DNA of 63,675 nucleotides, the filler included, from Octopus bimaculoides (taxonomy: Eukaryota), in NCBI RefSeq assembly GCF_001194135.2. It is 4 parts of 3 records of this genome, joined end to end, with 100 filler letters (N's around TTAATTAATTAA, not from the genome) between each part and the next. Parts side by side here need not be neighbours in the genome. Positions count along the whole stretch, not along the records: positions 20,370 to 36,584 come from NC_068995.1; positions 36,685 to 61,340 come from NC_068993.1; 2 more parts are not named here. One strand, 5' to 3'. How positions within the stretch are numbered: the first letter of the stretch is position 1; each line of letters begins with the position of its first letter. A program made the translations under genes and the position numbers. This document shows positions 23,870 through 38,089 of the stretch, piece by piece. The notes below the pieces were generated by a model. The model made no database searches. It had not been told where the DNA came from and saw only the letters and a program-made list of their open reading frames with translations.

Positions 23870-24625
23870 NNNNNNNNNNNNNNNNNNNNNNNNNNNNNNN
23901 NNNNNNNNNNNNNNNNNNNNNNNNNNNNNNNNNNNNNNNNNNNNNNNNNNNNNNNNNNNNNNNNNNNNNNNNNNNNNNNNNNNNNNNNNNNNNNNNNNNN
24001 NNNNNNNNNNNNNNNNNNNNNNNNNNNNNNNNNNNNNNNNNNNNNNNNNNNNNNNNNNNNNNNNNNNNNNNNNNNNNNNNNNNNNNNNNNNNNNNNNNNN
24101 NNNNNNNNNNNNNNNNNNNNNNNNNNNNNNNNNNNNNNNNNNNNNNNNNNNNNNNNNNNNNNNNNNNNNNNNNNNNNNNNNNNNNNNNNNNNNNNNNNNN
24201 NNNNNNNNNNNNNNNNNNNNNNNNNNNNNNNNNNNNNNNNNNNNNNNNNNNNNNNNNNNNNNNNNNNNNNNNNNNNNNNNNNNNNNNNNNNNNNNNNNNN
24301 NNNNNNNNNNNNNNNNNNNNNNNNNNNNNNNNNNNNNNNNNNNNNNNNNNNNNNNNNNNNNNNNNNNNNNNNNNNNNNNNNNNNNNNNNNNNNNNNNNNN
24401 NNNNNNNNNNNNNNNNNNNNNNNNNNNNNNNNNNNNNNNNNNNNNNNNNNNNNNNNNNNNNNNNNNNNNNNNNNNNNNNNNNNNNNNNNNNNNNNNNNNN
24501 NNNNNNNNNNNGGCGCACAGAGCTGCGCTCGGTAGTGAAGTGAAAGCACGTTATAAAAATAAAACTACTGAATAATAATAATAATAATAATAATGATAAT
24601 TTATAATAATAATAATAATAATAAC

Positions 24626-24690
<65 letters not shown>
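23789..24690. repeat. (AAT)n tracts flanking a sequence gap
   Basis: Direct inspection. Confidence 0.9.
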
Positions 24691-24692
<2 letters not shown>

Positions 24693-25061
24693 TGGCTTTG
24701 AAGAACAACAGAGCATTTTCTAATTGTACAAATGTCTCTGTGGCACACCTAATATTTTCTTGTGTTCCCTAACTAGGCTATAAGCTGACGCTCTTACGTA
24801 CTGGTTTAAATTACGTCACAGTTCTCTCAGGTAGTGATGATCAACGTGACACTGTGTGATAAGCCATGGCCTTGATATTGCAGGTACTAAATCCATCAGT
24901 CGGGCTCCAGTACAGTTTCTCCTCCAGCTAATTTCGACCACAAGATTATGGTTTTAAGAAGCGGGAGTATAATAGAAAAAAAAAAAAAATCCAAAAAAAT
25001 GACACTTGCAGTCAAATCGAAACCGAGACCTTATGATTGCGAAGTAAATTTGTCATCTATT

Positions 25062-25097
<36 letters not shown>

Positions 25098-25457
25098 ATA
25101 CAAAATGGGACAAGAGCGCAAAACATCTAGACAGACGATACAAAGAAAACAAAGACAGGTCATTCGGAACGTTCGTTTTTTTCCCGTCCTTGTTTTGTAT
25201 ACNNNNNNNNNNNNNNNNNNNNNNNNNNNNNNNNNNNNNNNNNNNNNNNNNNNNNNNNNNNNNNNNNNNNNNNNNNNNNNNNNNNNNNNNNNNNNNNNNN
25301 NNNNNNNNNNNNNNNNNNNNNNNNNNNNNNNNNNNNNNNNNNNNNNNNNNNNNNNNNNNNNNNNNNNNNNNNNNNNNNNNNNNNNNNNNNNNNNNNNNNN
25401 NNNNNNNNNNNNNNNNNNNNNNNNNNNNNNNNNNNNNNNNNNNNNNNNNNNNNNNNN

Positions 25458-25503
<46 letters not shown>

Positions 25504-25913
25504 CACACACTCACACACTCACACATACACGCACATACACGTACACACGTACACGCACACCGTATTTTTTTTAGGTAAAAGAATATAAAGAAGGATCAGT
25601 TAATATTTTATTGGCCACGGACAGATGGCAAAACAAAAATTCCCCTCGTCAAGATTAGAAGTCTTGAAACATAAAAAAATGCCAGTAAATAACTCAACAC
25701 ATCGATACGTTTGGTTGACTGCTGCCTTGGCAGATCTGCTAATCCAACGACTTACAACAGATTATTGATATTTTACAGAAACTAGATAACAGACATGGGG
25801 TGGCGCATTAACTGAATGAGATTACAAAGGCAGCCGTACTGGATGACATAAAGTTAAGAGACGGTGGAATAATACGATGGAATGCTGAGTATGCCGAGAA
25901 ATGGGGTAGAATA

Positions 25914-26135
25914 CAGTAATCCTACGCTATATCGCGGTTCACCTATCGCGGTTTATCATTTAAGCTTACGTCGATTCCTCTGTGGTGCTGTTTTGTACTT
26001 GTGATAAAATTAATATATGCAAATTAGAAAAATAATATAACAAAAGTACAGTACAATATTGTTTCTACTTCGAGGATTTTCACTTATCGCGGGGGATTTT
26101 GGAACGTAACACACGCGATAGTCGAGGGATAAATG
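25914..26135. mobile_element. Tc1/pogo (Tigger-like) MITE
   Basis: TA|CAGTAATCCTACGCTATATCGCG...CGCGATAGTCGAGGGATAAATG|TA. Homologous copies at ~50455-50600 (-) and 62839-63075. Confidence 0.75.
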
Positions 26136-27281
26136 TAGTTGAGAATGGTGCGCGAAATAACCTAGAGTACATTTAGTTTGGACTGTTTGCGTTAACGATT
26201 CAAGTCCCATAATTTTTATCCTTGATTTTTTTTGGGTTCATTTTTTGCCCCTGTGAGGTCGATTACATAAGATTTAGATTATGCACTGTGGTTTATATAA
26301 ATTTNNNNNNNNNNNNNNNNNNNNNNNNNNNNNNNNNNNNNNNNNNNNNNNNNNNNNNNNNNNNNNNNNNNNNNNNNNNNNNNNNNNNNNNNNNNNNNNN
26401 NNNNNNNNNNNNNNNNNNNNNNNNNNNNNNNNNNNNNNNNNNNNNNNNNNNNNNNNNNNNNNNNNNNNNNNNNNNNNNNNNNNNNNNNNNNNNNNNNNNN
26501 NNNNNNNNNNNNNNNNNNNNNNNNNNNNNNNNNNNNNNNNNNNNNNNNNNNNNNNNNNNNNNNNNNNNNNNNNNNNNNNNNNNNNNNNNNNNNNNNNNNN
26601 NNNNNNNNNNNNNNNNNNNNNNNNNNNNNNNNNNNNNNNNNNNNNNNNNNNNNNNNNNNNNNNNNNNNNNNNNNNNNNNNNNNNNNNNNNNNNNNNNNNN
26701 NNNNNNNNNNNNNNNNNNNNNNNNNNNNNNNNNNNNNNNNNNNNNNNNNNNNNNNNNNNNNNNNNNNNNNNNNNNNNNNNNNNNNNNNNNNNNNNNNNNN
26801 NNNNNNNNNNNNNNNNNNNNNNNNNNNNNNNNNNNNNNNNNNNNNNNNNNNNNNNNNNNNNNNNNNNNNNNNNNNNNNNNNNNNNNNNNNNNNNNNNNNN
26901 NNNNNNNNNNNNNNNNNNNNNNNNNNNNNNNNNNNNNNNNNNNNNNNNNNNNNNNNNNNNNNNNNNNNNNNNNNNNNNNNNNNNNNNNNNNNNNNNATAT
27001 ATATATATATATATATAGCTGACTGGATAGACAAACTGGATAGACAAACAGATAGACATGTATGTGTTTGTATGTATGCATGTGTGTATATATGTATGTG
27101 TTTGTATGTATGCATGTGTGTATATATGTGTGTGTTTGTATGTATGCATATATGTACATATGTATGTACGTATGCGTGTATATACTCGGTGTAAGCAACT
27201 GAAACAGTATTATATTAAAATCGCCGTCTATATCATACCAAATGGGTATACACCATTAGAGGACAAGTTGATGTGGAATTG

Positions 27282-27341
27282 TCAAGTTTCGCCTGGTATT
27301 TACCGACTCGTCAGATACATTTATTTCGTCCGTATGATTGA
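27282..27341 (-). ncRNA. Near-canonical type-III hammerhead fold
   Basis: UCAA-UC-AUACG(loop)UGUAU-CUGACGA-GUCGGU(AAAU)ACCAGGC-GAAA-CUUGA; one base (G16.2) is missing from stem III. Confidence 0.45.
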
Positions 27342-27362
27342 TATAGAGAAAGAGCGAGAAAT

Positions 27363-27417
<55 letters not shown>

Positions 27418-27891
27418 AGAGTGAAGGAAAAAGTTTGCCACTGTTTATGTCCCATGCGATGAGCAACAAGCAGTATGCTGATTTCAACATTTGCATATAG
27501 GTACAAATGTTTAGCAACATGTATTAATAGATCCGAGACGGATTAAGAATACTTTGTCAATAGACTTACATTCGCACACATCATGCTAAACACGCATTGA
27601 GGTTTGCCGTGTAAATAAATCCCTTGCTTAAGCCATAGGGATCACTCGGTCTTTTAACCTCTGGCCTATTTGCACAGCGATACGGAATGTATCTTTTATT
27701 ACACGTATTCGTGTCTTCGCAAATTACCCACGACCATAGCGTCTTTTATATATGTATATATATATTCCTTTACATATATATACTTACATGCATGTATGTT
27801 TATATATATTCGTTGATATATAGAATGGTCATTTAAAAGGTAGTAATACTNNNNNNNNNNNNNNNNNNNNNNNNNNNNNNNNNNNNNNNNN

Positions 27892-27942
<51 letters not shown>

Positions 27943-28218
27943 TGCATATGCATATGTGTGTCTGTATATATATGTGTATATATATATTCCTTTACATATA
28001 TATACTTACATGCATGTATGTTTATATATATTCGTTGATATATAGAATGGTCATTTAAAAGGTAGTAATACTGACGGTGCCCCAGCAGGGCCACAGCTTG
28101 TTCCCACTGGATAGTTTGGTCGCTATGAGAGTGAGAAATGGTGTATGCATGCATAGTTACATAGAAAAAGTAAGGGAGAGAGGGAGAAATATCTATCTAT
28201 CTATGAATCTATCTATGA

Positions 28219-28272
<54 letters not shown>

Positions 28273-28281
28273 ACACACACA

Positions 28282-28327
<46 letters not shown>

Positions 28328-28436
28328 CACACACAAATCTGACGATGACTTAACTGGCTGAAACTTCGAAGTCACTTCGAAGTTAATAATATTCTTGTTT
28401 AAGAATATTAAATTTGAACTATACAAAAGTATACAG

Positions 28437-28715
28437 CAGTGGTTCCCAAAGTGGGCAATATTCCTCACCCCCCCGGGAGCAGCGGAAAATTCCAAGGGGG
28501 CGTTGAAGAAAAGTGGGGTGATATTGGGGTAGCGATTTATGTAAAAACAACGAAATAATTGGTTCATTAGATTAAGTTTTATTTGTTAAATACAGTTGCT
28601 TTGAATTTGCTTCATAAAGAGGTCTATTCTTGTGATGGTTAGTTGAGGTGGAGGCGCTAGGAATGTGGCCCGGGTGTCAAGGGGGCAGCAGCCCGAAAAA
28701 GTTTGGGAACCGCTG
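28437..28715. mobile_element. hAT MITE
   Basis: TIR CAGTGGTTCCCAAA / TTTGGGAACCGCTG; 5/8 TSD GTATACAG / GTAACCTG. Confidence 0.75.
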
Positions 28716-29341
28716 GTAACCTGTTAAATTAATGTAAATTGTTTTCATTATAACTGCAGATAAAATCAAGCATTAACGGCACACGCCAGCGTGCACACAC
28801 ACACATACACACACACAAACACAAACATACAAACACACACACATACACGCAAACACACGCACACACAAACACACGCACACACATACAAACACGCACACAA
28901 ACACACACACATACAAACACACACACATACAAACACGCACACGCACACACACACACACAAACACACACATACATATGCAAGTGACTGAGCAATCCACAGA
29001 CACGTGTACCCCTAACGTAGTTCTCAGGGAGACTCAGCGTGACACAGCGTGACAAAGCCGGCCCCTTTGAAACACAGGTACTACTCATTTTTGCCAGCTG
29101 AGTGGACTGGAGCAACGTGAAATAAAGTGTCTTGCTCAAGGAGTTCTTAGAGATATAACAGTCCGGACCGGGTGGTCTTGCCTAGAATGAATTAGAAACA
29201 TAGGCTTGTCCAATGGTAGTCAAGATCCAGCTAACCAGTAATTCAAATTATTTGACTATAATTGTGTACTGAATGACCTTAAACTATATTTTAGAATGAT
29301 AACTGTTAAACTATTACTTTTCATATGGAGCCATACTTATA

Positions 29342-29720
29342 TGGCGTAGGAGTGGCTGTGTGGTAAGTTGCTTGCTTACCAACCACATGGTTCCGGGTTC
29401 AGTCCCACTGCGTGGCCCCTTGGGCAAGTGAGCACCTTGCGCAAGTGAGCACCTTGGGCAAGTGAGCACCTTGGACAAGTGAGCACTCCACAGACACGTG
29501 TACCCTTAACGTAGTTCTCAGGGAGATCCAGCGTGACACAGAGTGTGACAAGGTTGACCCTTTGAAATACAGGTACTAATCATTTTTACCAGCTGAATGG
29601 ACTGGAGCAACGTGAAATAAAGTGTCTTGCTCAAGGAGACAATGTGTCACCGGGAATTGAACTGACGACTTACGATCATGAGCCGAATGCCTTAACCACT
29701 AAGCCACGTACCTTCACGCT
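29342..29720. mobile_element. Chimera: family-B SINE head (+), 17-bp tandem repeat, family-C SINE (-)
   Basis: GGCGTAGGAGTGGCTGTGTGG head, four copies of GCACCTTGGGCAAGTGA-like units, then antisense family-C body and tRNA head. Confidence 0.75.
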
Positions 29721-32700
29721 ATGTACTATATTAACTAGATTACTATGTATTACCCTATACCAATAGGTACCAATTGGTCCTAAACAAGCGTTTCCCACAC
29801 TCTGTTGCTTCAAGGATAATTCTTGAAATACATTCCGTATCATATGGCAAACCTGCATAAAAATTGGCTTCAAATTTTTGACACAAGGCCAGCAATTTCA
29901 AGGAGGAGTGGGGTGAGTTGATTACATCAACCCCAGTATTTGACTGGTACTTATTTTATCGAATCCGACAGGATAAAAGGTAAAGTCAATCTCGATGGAA
30001 TTTGAACTCAAAAAGTAAAGGCCAACGAAAAATGAACGGTGTTTTCAACTACCCGTCCGGTCCGAACTCTCGGACTAACGATTGCGAGTCAATGACCCTA
30101 ACCACTACGCCATGATCTTGCACAACCTACATAAAACTTACTCTTTATCTCTGTATATCTTTCATAAAGTTTATCAGAGATTAAGCAAAGATTAAAACTT
30201 CTTCGAAAGATTTGGCAGAGCTAAATCCATTAGATGTTAGAAAGAGGGATTAAGAAATTTCCTCCAAATGAAGATTTTGTTTCGATCAAATTCTTATACA
30301 ATTCCTTATTAAGAGGTCTTGCTCCCCTATAATTTCTCCTTATTACCTACAGATACCAGGATTTCCAATAATATTACAAATATACAAATAAACATAAATA
30401 TAGCAGCAAAACGCATTTACATATAATTTGCATATTTATTCCTATTTCTCGCGGAACCACTGGCGCGGAAAATTAGATTTTTCGGGGGAAACCCCAGGCA
30501 GAAAATACTGTAATAAAATGTACCACTATATCTAAGACGATAAAGTGTGATTTGAGGAAGAGTCGGCTGCTATTTCTAACAGTTTCTATGATTGGCTCCA
30601 AGCATTTTTGGGTGAGGACAGTAAATAGCCGAATGTCGACTAATGTATAGATGTGTGGTTTAGCACACAAACATTCATATATAGTTTCAATAAAAAAAAC
30701 CACACACACACACACACACACNNNNNNNNNNNNNNNNNNNNNNNNNNNNNNNNNNNNNNNNNNNNNNNNNNNNNNNNNNNNNNNNNNNNNNNNNNNNNNN
30801 NNNNNNNNNNNNNNNNNNNNNNNNNNNNNNNNNNNNNNNNNNNNNNNNNNNNNNNNNNNNNNNNNNNNNNNNNNNNNNNNNNNNNNNNNNNNNNNNNNNN
30901 NNNNNNNNNNNNNNNNNNNNNNNNNNNNNNNNNNNNNNNNNNNNNNNNNNNNNNNNNNNNNNNNNNNNNNNNNNNNNNNNNNNNNNNNNNNNNNNNNNNN
31001 NNNNNNNNNNNNNNNNNNNNNNNNNNNNNNNNNNNNNNNNNNNNNNNNNNNNNNNNNNNNNNNNNNNNNNNNNNNNNNNNNNNNNNNNNNNNNNNNNNNN
31101 NNNNNNNNNNNNNNNNNNNNNNNNNNNNNNNNNNNNNNNNNNNNNNNNNNNNNNNNNNNNNNNNNNNNNNNNNNNNNNNNNNNNNNNNNNNNNNNNNNNN
31201 NNNNNNNNNNNNNNNNNNTGTGTGTGTGTGTGTTTGAGTGTGTCTTGAACTATAGCCTCGGGATGACCAAAGGTAGATATAATAATATATGTATATTTCT
31301 ATAAATATGTAAATATACACATATGGAAGTCTACAAACATATATAGGTATATACGTCTGCGTGTGAGTGCGTGTATGAGCATGTGAGTGTGTGAGTGTCT
31401 GTTTGTAAGGAAGTAGGTGCATATGTGTGTGTGTGGGGGGGATGCATATATATTTTGCATCACATGAATATTCAGTAGGTGGAATCTTATAATTTACATG
31501 TTCCGTATTTCCCAGCTGATGCATTATATATTCATGCATGGCTGGACGTAATTCGGAGCCAGTCAGCTGTGTTTGGAGCTCACTCTGTTCTTATGGTCTT
31601 CCAAAGTACTATAGGCTTGTCTCTCCCCCTCTCTCTTTCTTTCACATACACACGTTTTCACGCGCACACGCTCTCCAGTGTAAGCATCATTCGCTTTTCG
31701 TATATACAAAAACTGGAACGCCCTCGCACGTGTGTGCCTGTGTGTGCATGTGTGCGTATGTATGTATTAATATATATGTAAGTATATATATATGGATTTA
31801 CACATGTATATATATATATATTTATGTGGAGAATGGAGCAACAAATACAAGAAAAAGCAATACTGTTGGACTAGTTAGCCGCTGTTTTAAAATATAATTA
31901 TAAACTACGGTTTAAGCAGTAAATTACCTGCCTCTGGATGCCCTCTTCCCAAGACGGTACCCGTACAGGTGATCCCCAGGAGTGCCTCCGGATTTAAACA
32001 TCCCCTGGTTGCTTGGATGCTTCAGACTACCCCTGAAGGATCGNNNNNNNNNNNNNNNNNNNNNNNNNNNNNNNNNNNNNNNNNNNNNNNNNNNNNNNNN
32101 NNNNNNNNNNNNNNNNNNNNNNNNNNNNNNNNNNNNNNNNNNNNNNNNNNNNNNNNNNNNNNNNNNNNNNNNNNNNNNNNNNNNNNNNNNNNNNNNNNNN
32201 NNNNNNNNNNNNNNNNNNNNNNNNNNNNNNNNNNNNNNNNNNNNNNNNNNNNNNNNNNNNNNNNNNNNNNNNNNNNNNNNNNNNNNNNNNNNNNNNNNNN
32301 NNNNNNNNNNNNNNNNNNNNNNNNNNNNNNNNNNNNNNNNNNNNNNNNNNNNNNNNNNNNNNNNNNNNNNNNNNNNNNNNNNNNNNNNNNNNNNNNNNNN
32401 NNNNNNNNNNNNNNNNNNNNNNNNNNNNNNNNNNNNNNNNNNNNNNNNNNNNNNNNNNNNNNNNNNNNNNNNNNNNNNNNNNNNNNNNNNNNNNNNNNNN
32501 NNNNNNNNNNNNNNNNNNNNNNNNNNNNNNNNNNNNNNNNNNNNNNNNNNNNNNNNNNNNNNNNNNNNNNNNNNNNNNNNNNNNNNNNNNNNNNNNNNNN
32601 NNNNNNNNNNNNNNNNNNNNNNNNNNNNNNNNNNNNNNNNNNNNNNNNNNNNNNNNNNNNNNNNNNNNNNNNNNNNNNNNNNNNNNNNNNNNNNNNNNNN

Positions 32701-33170
32701 NNNNNNNNNNNNNNNNNNNNNNNNNNNNNNNNNNNNNNNNNNNNNNNNNNNNNNNNNNNNNNNNNNNNNNNNNNNNNNNATATATATATATATATATATA
32801 TATAGATACATACATATAAATATATATGCATATATATGTATATATATGTACATATATGTATGCTTAGCTTTTCCAAGCAAGCTACTATTTTTCATGGGCA
32901 GACATGCACTCAAAGAATATTGGAAATGAACGACACTACCTGTATGACGGTGACTCTCATTTACAACTAACACACGGCTTAAGAGAAAAATACACACACT
33001 CGTACTATCACACACGTCTAATACTTAAAAATAAAAAACATATATGCACACATGCATACATACATACATACATACATACATACATACATACGTACATATA
33101 TATTTATATAAATATATAAAAATACTATATAATATGATATAGTATGTGATATTTATAGATAAGAGCAATA

Positions 33171-33543
33171 GGCGCAGGAGTGGCTGTGTGGTAAGTAGCT
33201 CGCTTACCAACCACATGGTTCCGGGTTCAGTCCCACTGCGTGGCACCTTGGGTAAGTGTCTTCTACTATAGCCTCGGGCCGACCAAAGCCTTGTGAGTGG
33301 ATTTGGTAGACGGAAACTGAAAGAAGCCTGTCGTATATATGTATATGTGTNNNNNNNNNNACAACCGATGGTGGTGTGTTTAGGTCCCCGTAACTTAGCG
33401 GATCGGCAAAAGAGACCGATAGAATAAGTACTAGGCACTCAAAGAATAAGTCCTGGGGTCGATTTGCTCGACTAAAGGCGGTACTCCAGCATGGCCGCAG
33501 TCAAATGACTGAAACGAGTAAAAGAGTAAAAGAGTAAAAGAGT
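33171..33543 (+). mobile_element. Family-B SINE, full length and low divergence, (GTAAAAGA)n tail
   Basis: GGCGCAGGAGTGGCTGTGTGGTAAG head through a GAGTAAAA x3 tail. Confidence 0.9.
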
Positions 33544-33651
33544 AATATACATGTATCTATTATCTATCTATTTGTGCCTCTCTCTCCCTCCGTCTCCGTC
33601 TCTCTCTCTCTCACTCTCTCTCTCTCACTCTCTCTCTCTCTCTCTATCTAT

Positions 33652-33682
<31 letters not shown>

Positions 33683-35717
33683 TATATATTTGAGTGTGTA
33701 TATGTATATATATGTGTGTGTTTTTGTAAGCGTAAATATGTACATATTTACATGCTTATACAAATAATATACAAAATTGATGCAAGCGTATACATACGAA
33801 TACAATTTCGCTCGCGCGCACTCGCACACGCACTCACCCACACGTAATTTTTTGCGTGCGTATAGGAGAAAAAATGACACAAGACAGGATATGGACTATT
33901 ACTATATAATTGATAATGAATACTTTCAATATTTAATCCAAAGAACATTAAATGCCTGATGGAACGTAACTGCGAAACTCTGTGGAGCGTTACAAGGACA
34001 TCGGATATTATAATGTGTGTGTGTGTGTATGTGCGTGTATGTGTGTATACATATATATGCATGCACACCTAGATGTATATTATATATATATATACATAGA
34101 AAATATACATACTTATGTAGACATATATATGTATATATACATACATACTAGCATACATGCATACATATATATATATATNNNNNNNNNNNNNNNNNNNNNN
34201 NNNNNNNNNNNNNNNNNNNNNNNNNNNNNNNNNNNNNNNNNNNNNNNNNNNNNNNNNNNNNNNNNNNNNNNNNNNNNNNNNNNNNNNNNNNNNNNNNNNN
34301 NNNNNNNNNNNNNNNNNNNNNNNNNNNNNNNNNNNNNNNNNNNNNNNNNNNNNNNNNNNNNNNNNNNNNNNNNNNNNNNNNNNNNNNNNNNNNNNNNNNN
34401 NNNNNNNNNNNNNNNNNNNNNNNNNNNNNNNNNNNNNNNNNNNNNNNNNNNNNNNNNNNNNNNNNNNNNNNNNNNNNNNNNNNNNNNNNNNNNNNNNNNN
34501 NNNNNNNNNNNNNNNNNNNNNNNNNNNNNNNNNNNNNNNNNNNNNNNNNNNNNNNNNNNNNNNNNNNNNNNNNNNNNNNNNNNNNNNNNNNNNNNNNNNN
34601 NNNNNNNNNNNNNTATATATATATATATATATATATATGGTAGTTGTATGCTGTCAACTTAACGTGACAATCCCATGAAGGGAATTATACTACTGCTATT
34701 TAGCCCTAGGAAGCTGCACCGCTTCCTGTCGGCCTTGACGCGTTAAGTCGACACCATACAACTACTTTATCGTATCACTACAGCTTAAGTCTCTCTGAGA
34801 GATTTAGAAATGTATCATTTCTAATATATATATATATGTGTATATATATATATAATATATTTATGTGTTTGTGTTTGTGTCTATGTTGTATCTCCCCACC
34901 AACATCGCTTGACAACTGGTGTTGGTGTGTTTACGTCCCCGTAACTTAGTGGTTCGGCAAAAGAGACCAATAAGTACTAGACTTACAAATAATAGATCAT
35001 GGGGTCGATTTCTTTGACTAAAAACCCTTTAAGGCGGTGCTCCAGCATGGCAGGCAGTCAAATGACTGAAACAAGTAAAAGAATAACAGAATACAATAAA
35101 TATTCTTCAACTTTTATCGAATTTCTTGATGCTTCAACAAAACAATGAAATGATTAGTAATTTTCCAAAGAAAAATATTGATTACCTTAAAATAAATTTA
35201 AGTAAAACAAATTTCTCATTTGCATAACCCCTCTCATAACTACTGGCATTCTCCTCTTCCCCTTCCTCCTCCTCTCCTTCCTATTTTTCTCCCCCCCCCC
35301 ACCGATTCGTTCTCTCAGTGCTTGCATTTGTGTGTGTTTGCTTCACCTCTATTCATTGCCTGCCACAAAGCCTAGCATATGAACTCATACTGCGCCTCTC
35401 ATGTCAACGCTTTTAGTCTCTCTTTCTTACTCCCTCCCCCTCTATCTATAGATGGTTTTAGGCTTGACTGGAGAAACCAACCAAGCAACCGAGCAACTAA
35501 GCAACCAAGCAACCAAGCAACCAACCAATATTAATATCGGCTATTATATATAATAGATACTATACAATATTCCATATTGTAATCGCTCAATGGTGTTCAG
35601 TAATACAATATATACAATAAATAAGGCGAACGTGTGATATTTAGTAAATAATTGCTATAATTACATTAGCTCATTGTCAAGTGATTATTTTTTAAATTTG
35701 AAAGTCATTGCAGTCAT

Positions 35718-35776
<59 letters not shown>

Positions 35777-36507
35777 CGGGCTTCCTTTAGTTTCCATCAG
35801 CCAAATTCCACTCGCAAGGCTTTGGTCGATCCGAGACTATAGTAGAAAATACTTGCTTACGGTGTATTTATTCCGCCATTTTGTATAACCACCAAAGCCG
35901 AATTATAATTATTGTATACAGGCCATATTTCGCGATATTACCTACAGTGGAAGTATACTTCAATACGAAGGGTAACACTCTAACGTTTAGAATAAATAGA
36001 TTTATTGTCAGTTCTTAATGTGTATATAAATATACTTGGAAGTGTAGTATGACAGAATAGTTAACAAGTTCGATTCACAACCACGATGTACAGTGTAGCA
36101 CCCGGGGAATATGTCATTTTTCTATACCATAGCCTGTGAGGGAAATCAGGTACACGGAAATTTTATAGAATCCCATTCGGTGGATTTTACCTGTATTTCA
36201 AATGCCCCCCTCTTGTCACACACACATTTTACTTCTTGATACTTTGGGATATATGTAAAACAACAGCAGCTCCCTATCTGGATAGACCTTGATACCACAA
36301 AACTTGACCTAAAACTGGCTTCAAAGATTCTGTCAAGTGGTGCTATTAAATTAGACATGACCTGGGGGCAATTTTGGGACAGCACATATCCATATCTAAG
36401 TTTATCAAAGGTCTTATAAAACGGATGGTGAAATATAATAGTTAATATGGGGTGGTAAGCACCCGTTCTCTTGCAGTCTCACTCAGATTCTTTCACTGTC
36501 TCCTTCT

Positions 36508-36584
<77 letters not shown>

Positions 36585-36684
36585 NNNNNNNNNNNNNNNN
36601 NNNNNNNNNNNNNNNNNNNNNNNNNNNNTTAATTAATTAANNNNNNNNNNNNNNNNNNNNNNNNNNNNNNNNNNNNNNNNNNNN

Positions 36685-36723
<39 letters not shown>

Positions 36724-38089
36724 CATCTGTGTGTATGTGCATATATATATATAAACCTATATATATATATATATATAGTTATAGTTATATGTAAATATGT
36801 GTGGGCGGTGAATGTTTATATCCTCACTCAGTTTATTTCATTTTTAATATCTTCCTTCCTTATCTAGATTGATCAATTCTTCCTTTCATTTCATCACACC
36901 TGAAATCTACAGACCATGACAGGGAGGTTACACGTTGTATCCTCAACACAAATTATTTGGAAAACAGAAGCAGACAGGCTCTTGGCACAATGTTCCGTAT
37001 CTGTTGTTGCTGCAGCTGTTATTATGGCTGTTGCTACAGCTATCATTAATGTCATTGCTATTGTTGATGCTGCCGTTGTTGTGGTTCAGTTCTTGTTTTC
37101 TGTGTATCCATGCCATATGTTGGCAATCAATAAGTAAGTCATCAATAATAATGATGACAATGATGATGATCAGGCTGATGATTTTGGTGGTGGTGGTGGT
37201 GGTGACACTAGTGCTGGTGGTGCTGGGTATAGAGATGATGATGATGATGCTGGTGGTGGTGCTGGTGGTGGTGGTGGTGGTGGTGGTGAAGAAAACACTA
37301 ATAATAAATGCATGACAGGAAACCCTTTTTGACACAGATCCAAAACCAAATGAAAGACAGGTTAGGGCAAAGTTGGGTGAGTGCATGGCTAGAAGTGGGA
37401 AGACATTTCCGCCAACCGACAAATGACGAAGAAGGTTACCACAATCATTATCATCATCATCACCATCATCACCATAAGAGTAATCATTCTGAATCATCAA
37501 CTTCATCATTATCATTGCATTTATCACCACAATCGTCCTCAGTATGTAGAATTATCATTACATTAGGATGGAGACATTGATGACTACAATGATGGTGGTG
37601 ATGATGAGGATGATGGTGATGATTATGTTGACAACAACGGTAACAATAATGATGACAACAACAATAAGAATGATATTGATGGTAATGACATGGTTTTCAG
37701 TTTAGTCTTACCAGAAAGTGTCTTCTACTATATCCCTGGGTCAACCAATTCCTTGTGAATGAATTCGGTTGATAGAAACTATGTGGAACCTTGATTTATA
37801 TGTTTATATATCAATGTATATATATCTTTGTATCTGTGTTTGACCCCCCAACCAACACTACTTGACAACTGGTGTTGGTTTGCTTACATTCTCAAAGCTT
37901 AGTGGGTTGGCAAAAGTTACTGATACAACAGGTAGCAGATTTTAAAAAATAAGTATTAGGGGTTATTTTTTTTGACTAAAATTTTTCAAAGTGGTGCTCC
38001 AGCATGGCTGCAGTCGAACAACTGAAGTAAATAAAAGATAAAAGACAAAGATATCATCCTAAAGTGGAATATTGGTATGAGAGGAAGGA

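Noticed and set aside
27745-28070. ~95-bp direct repeat around the 27851-27891 gap
   Set aside because: Identical and gap-flanking within AT microsatellite; most likely an assembly overlap.
18473-34678. Many long ORFs (up to 363 aa) in the supplied track
   Set aside because: They consist of N runs and (AT)n/(CA)n/(AAT)n/(TTC)n translations; no coding signal.
36146-36385. Minus-strand ORF with CAG|GTAAAA donor
   Set aside because: The donor and adjacent codons derive from a family-C SINE fragment.
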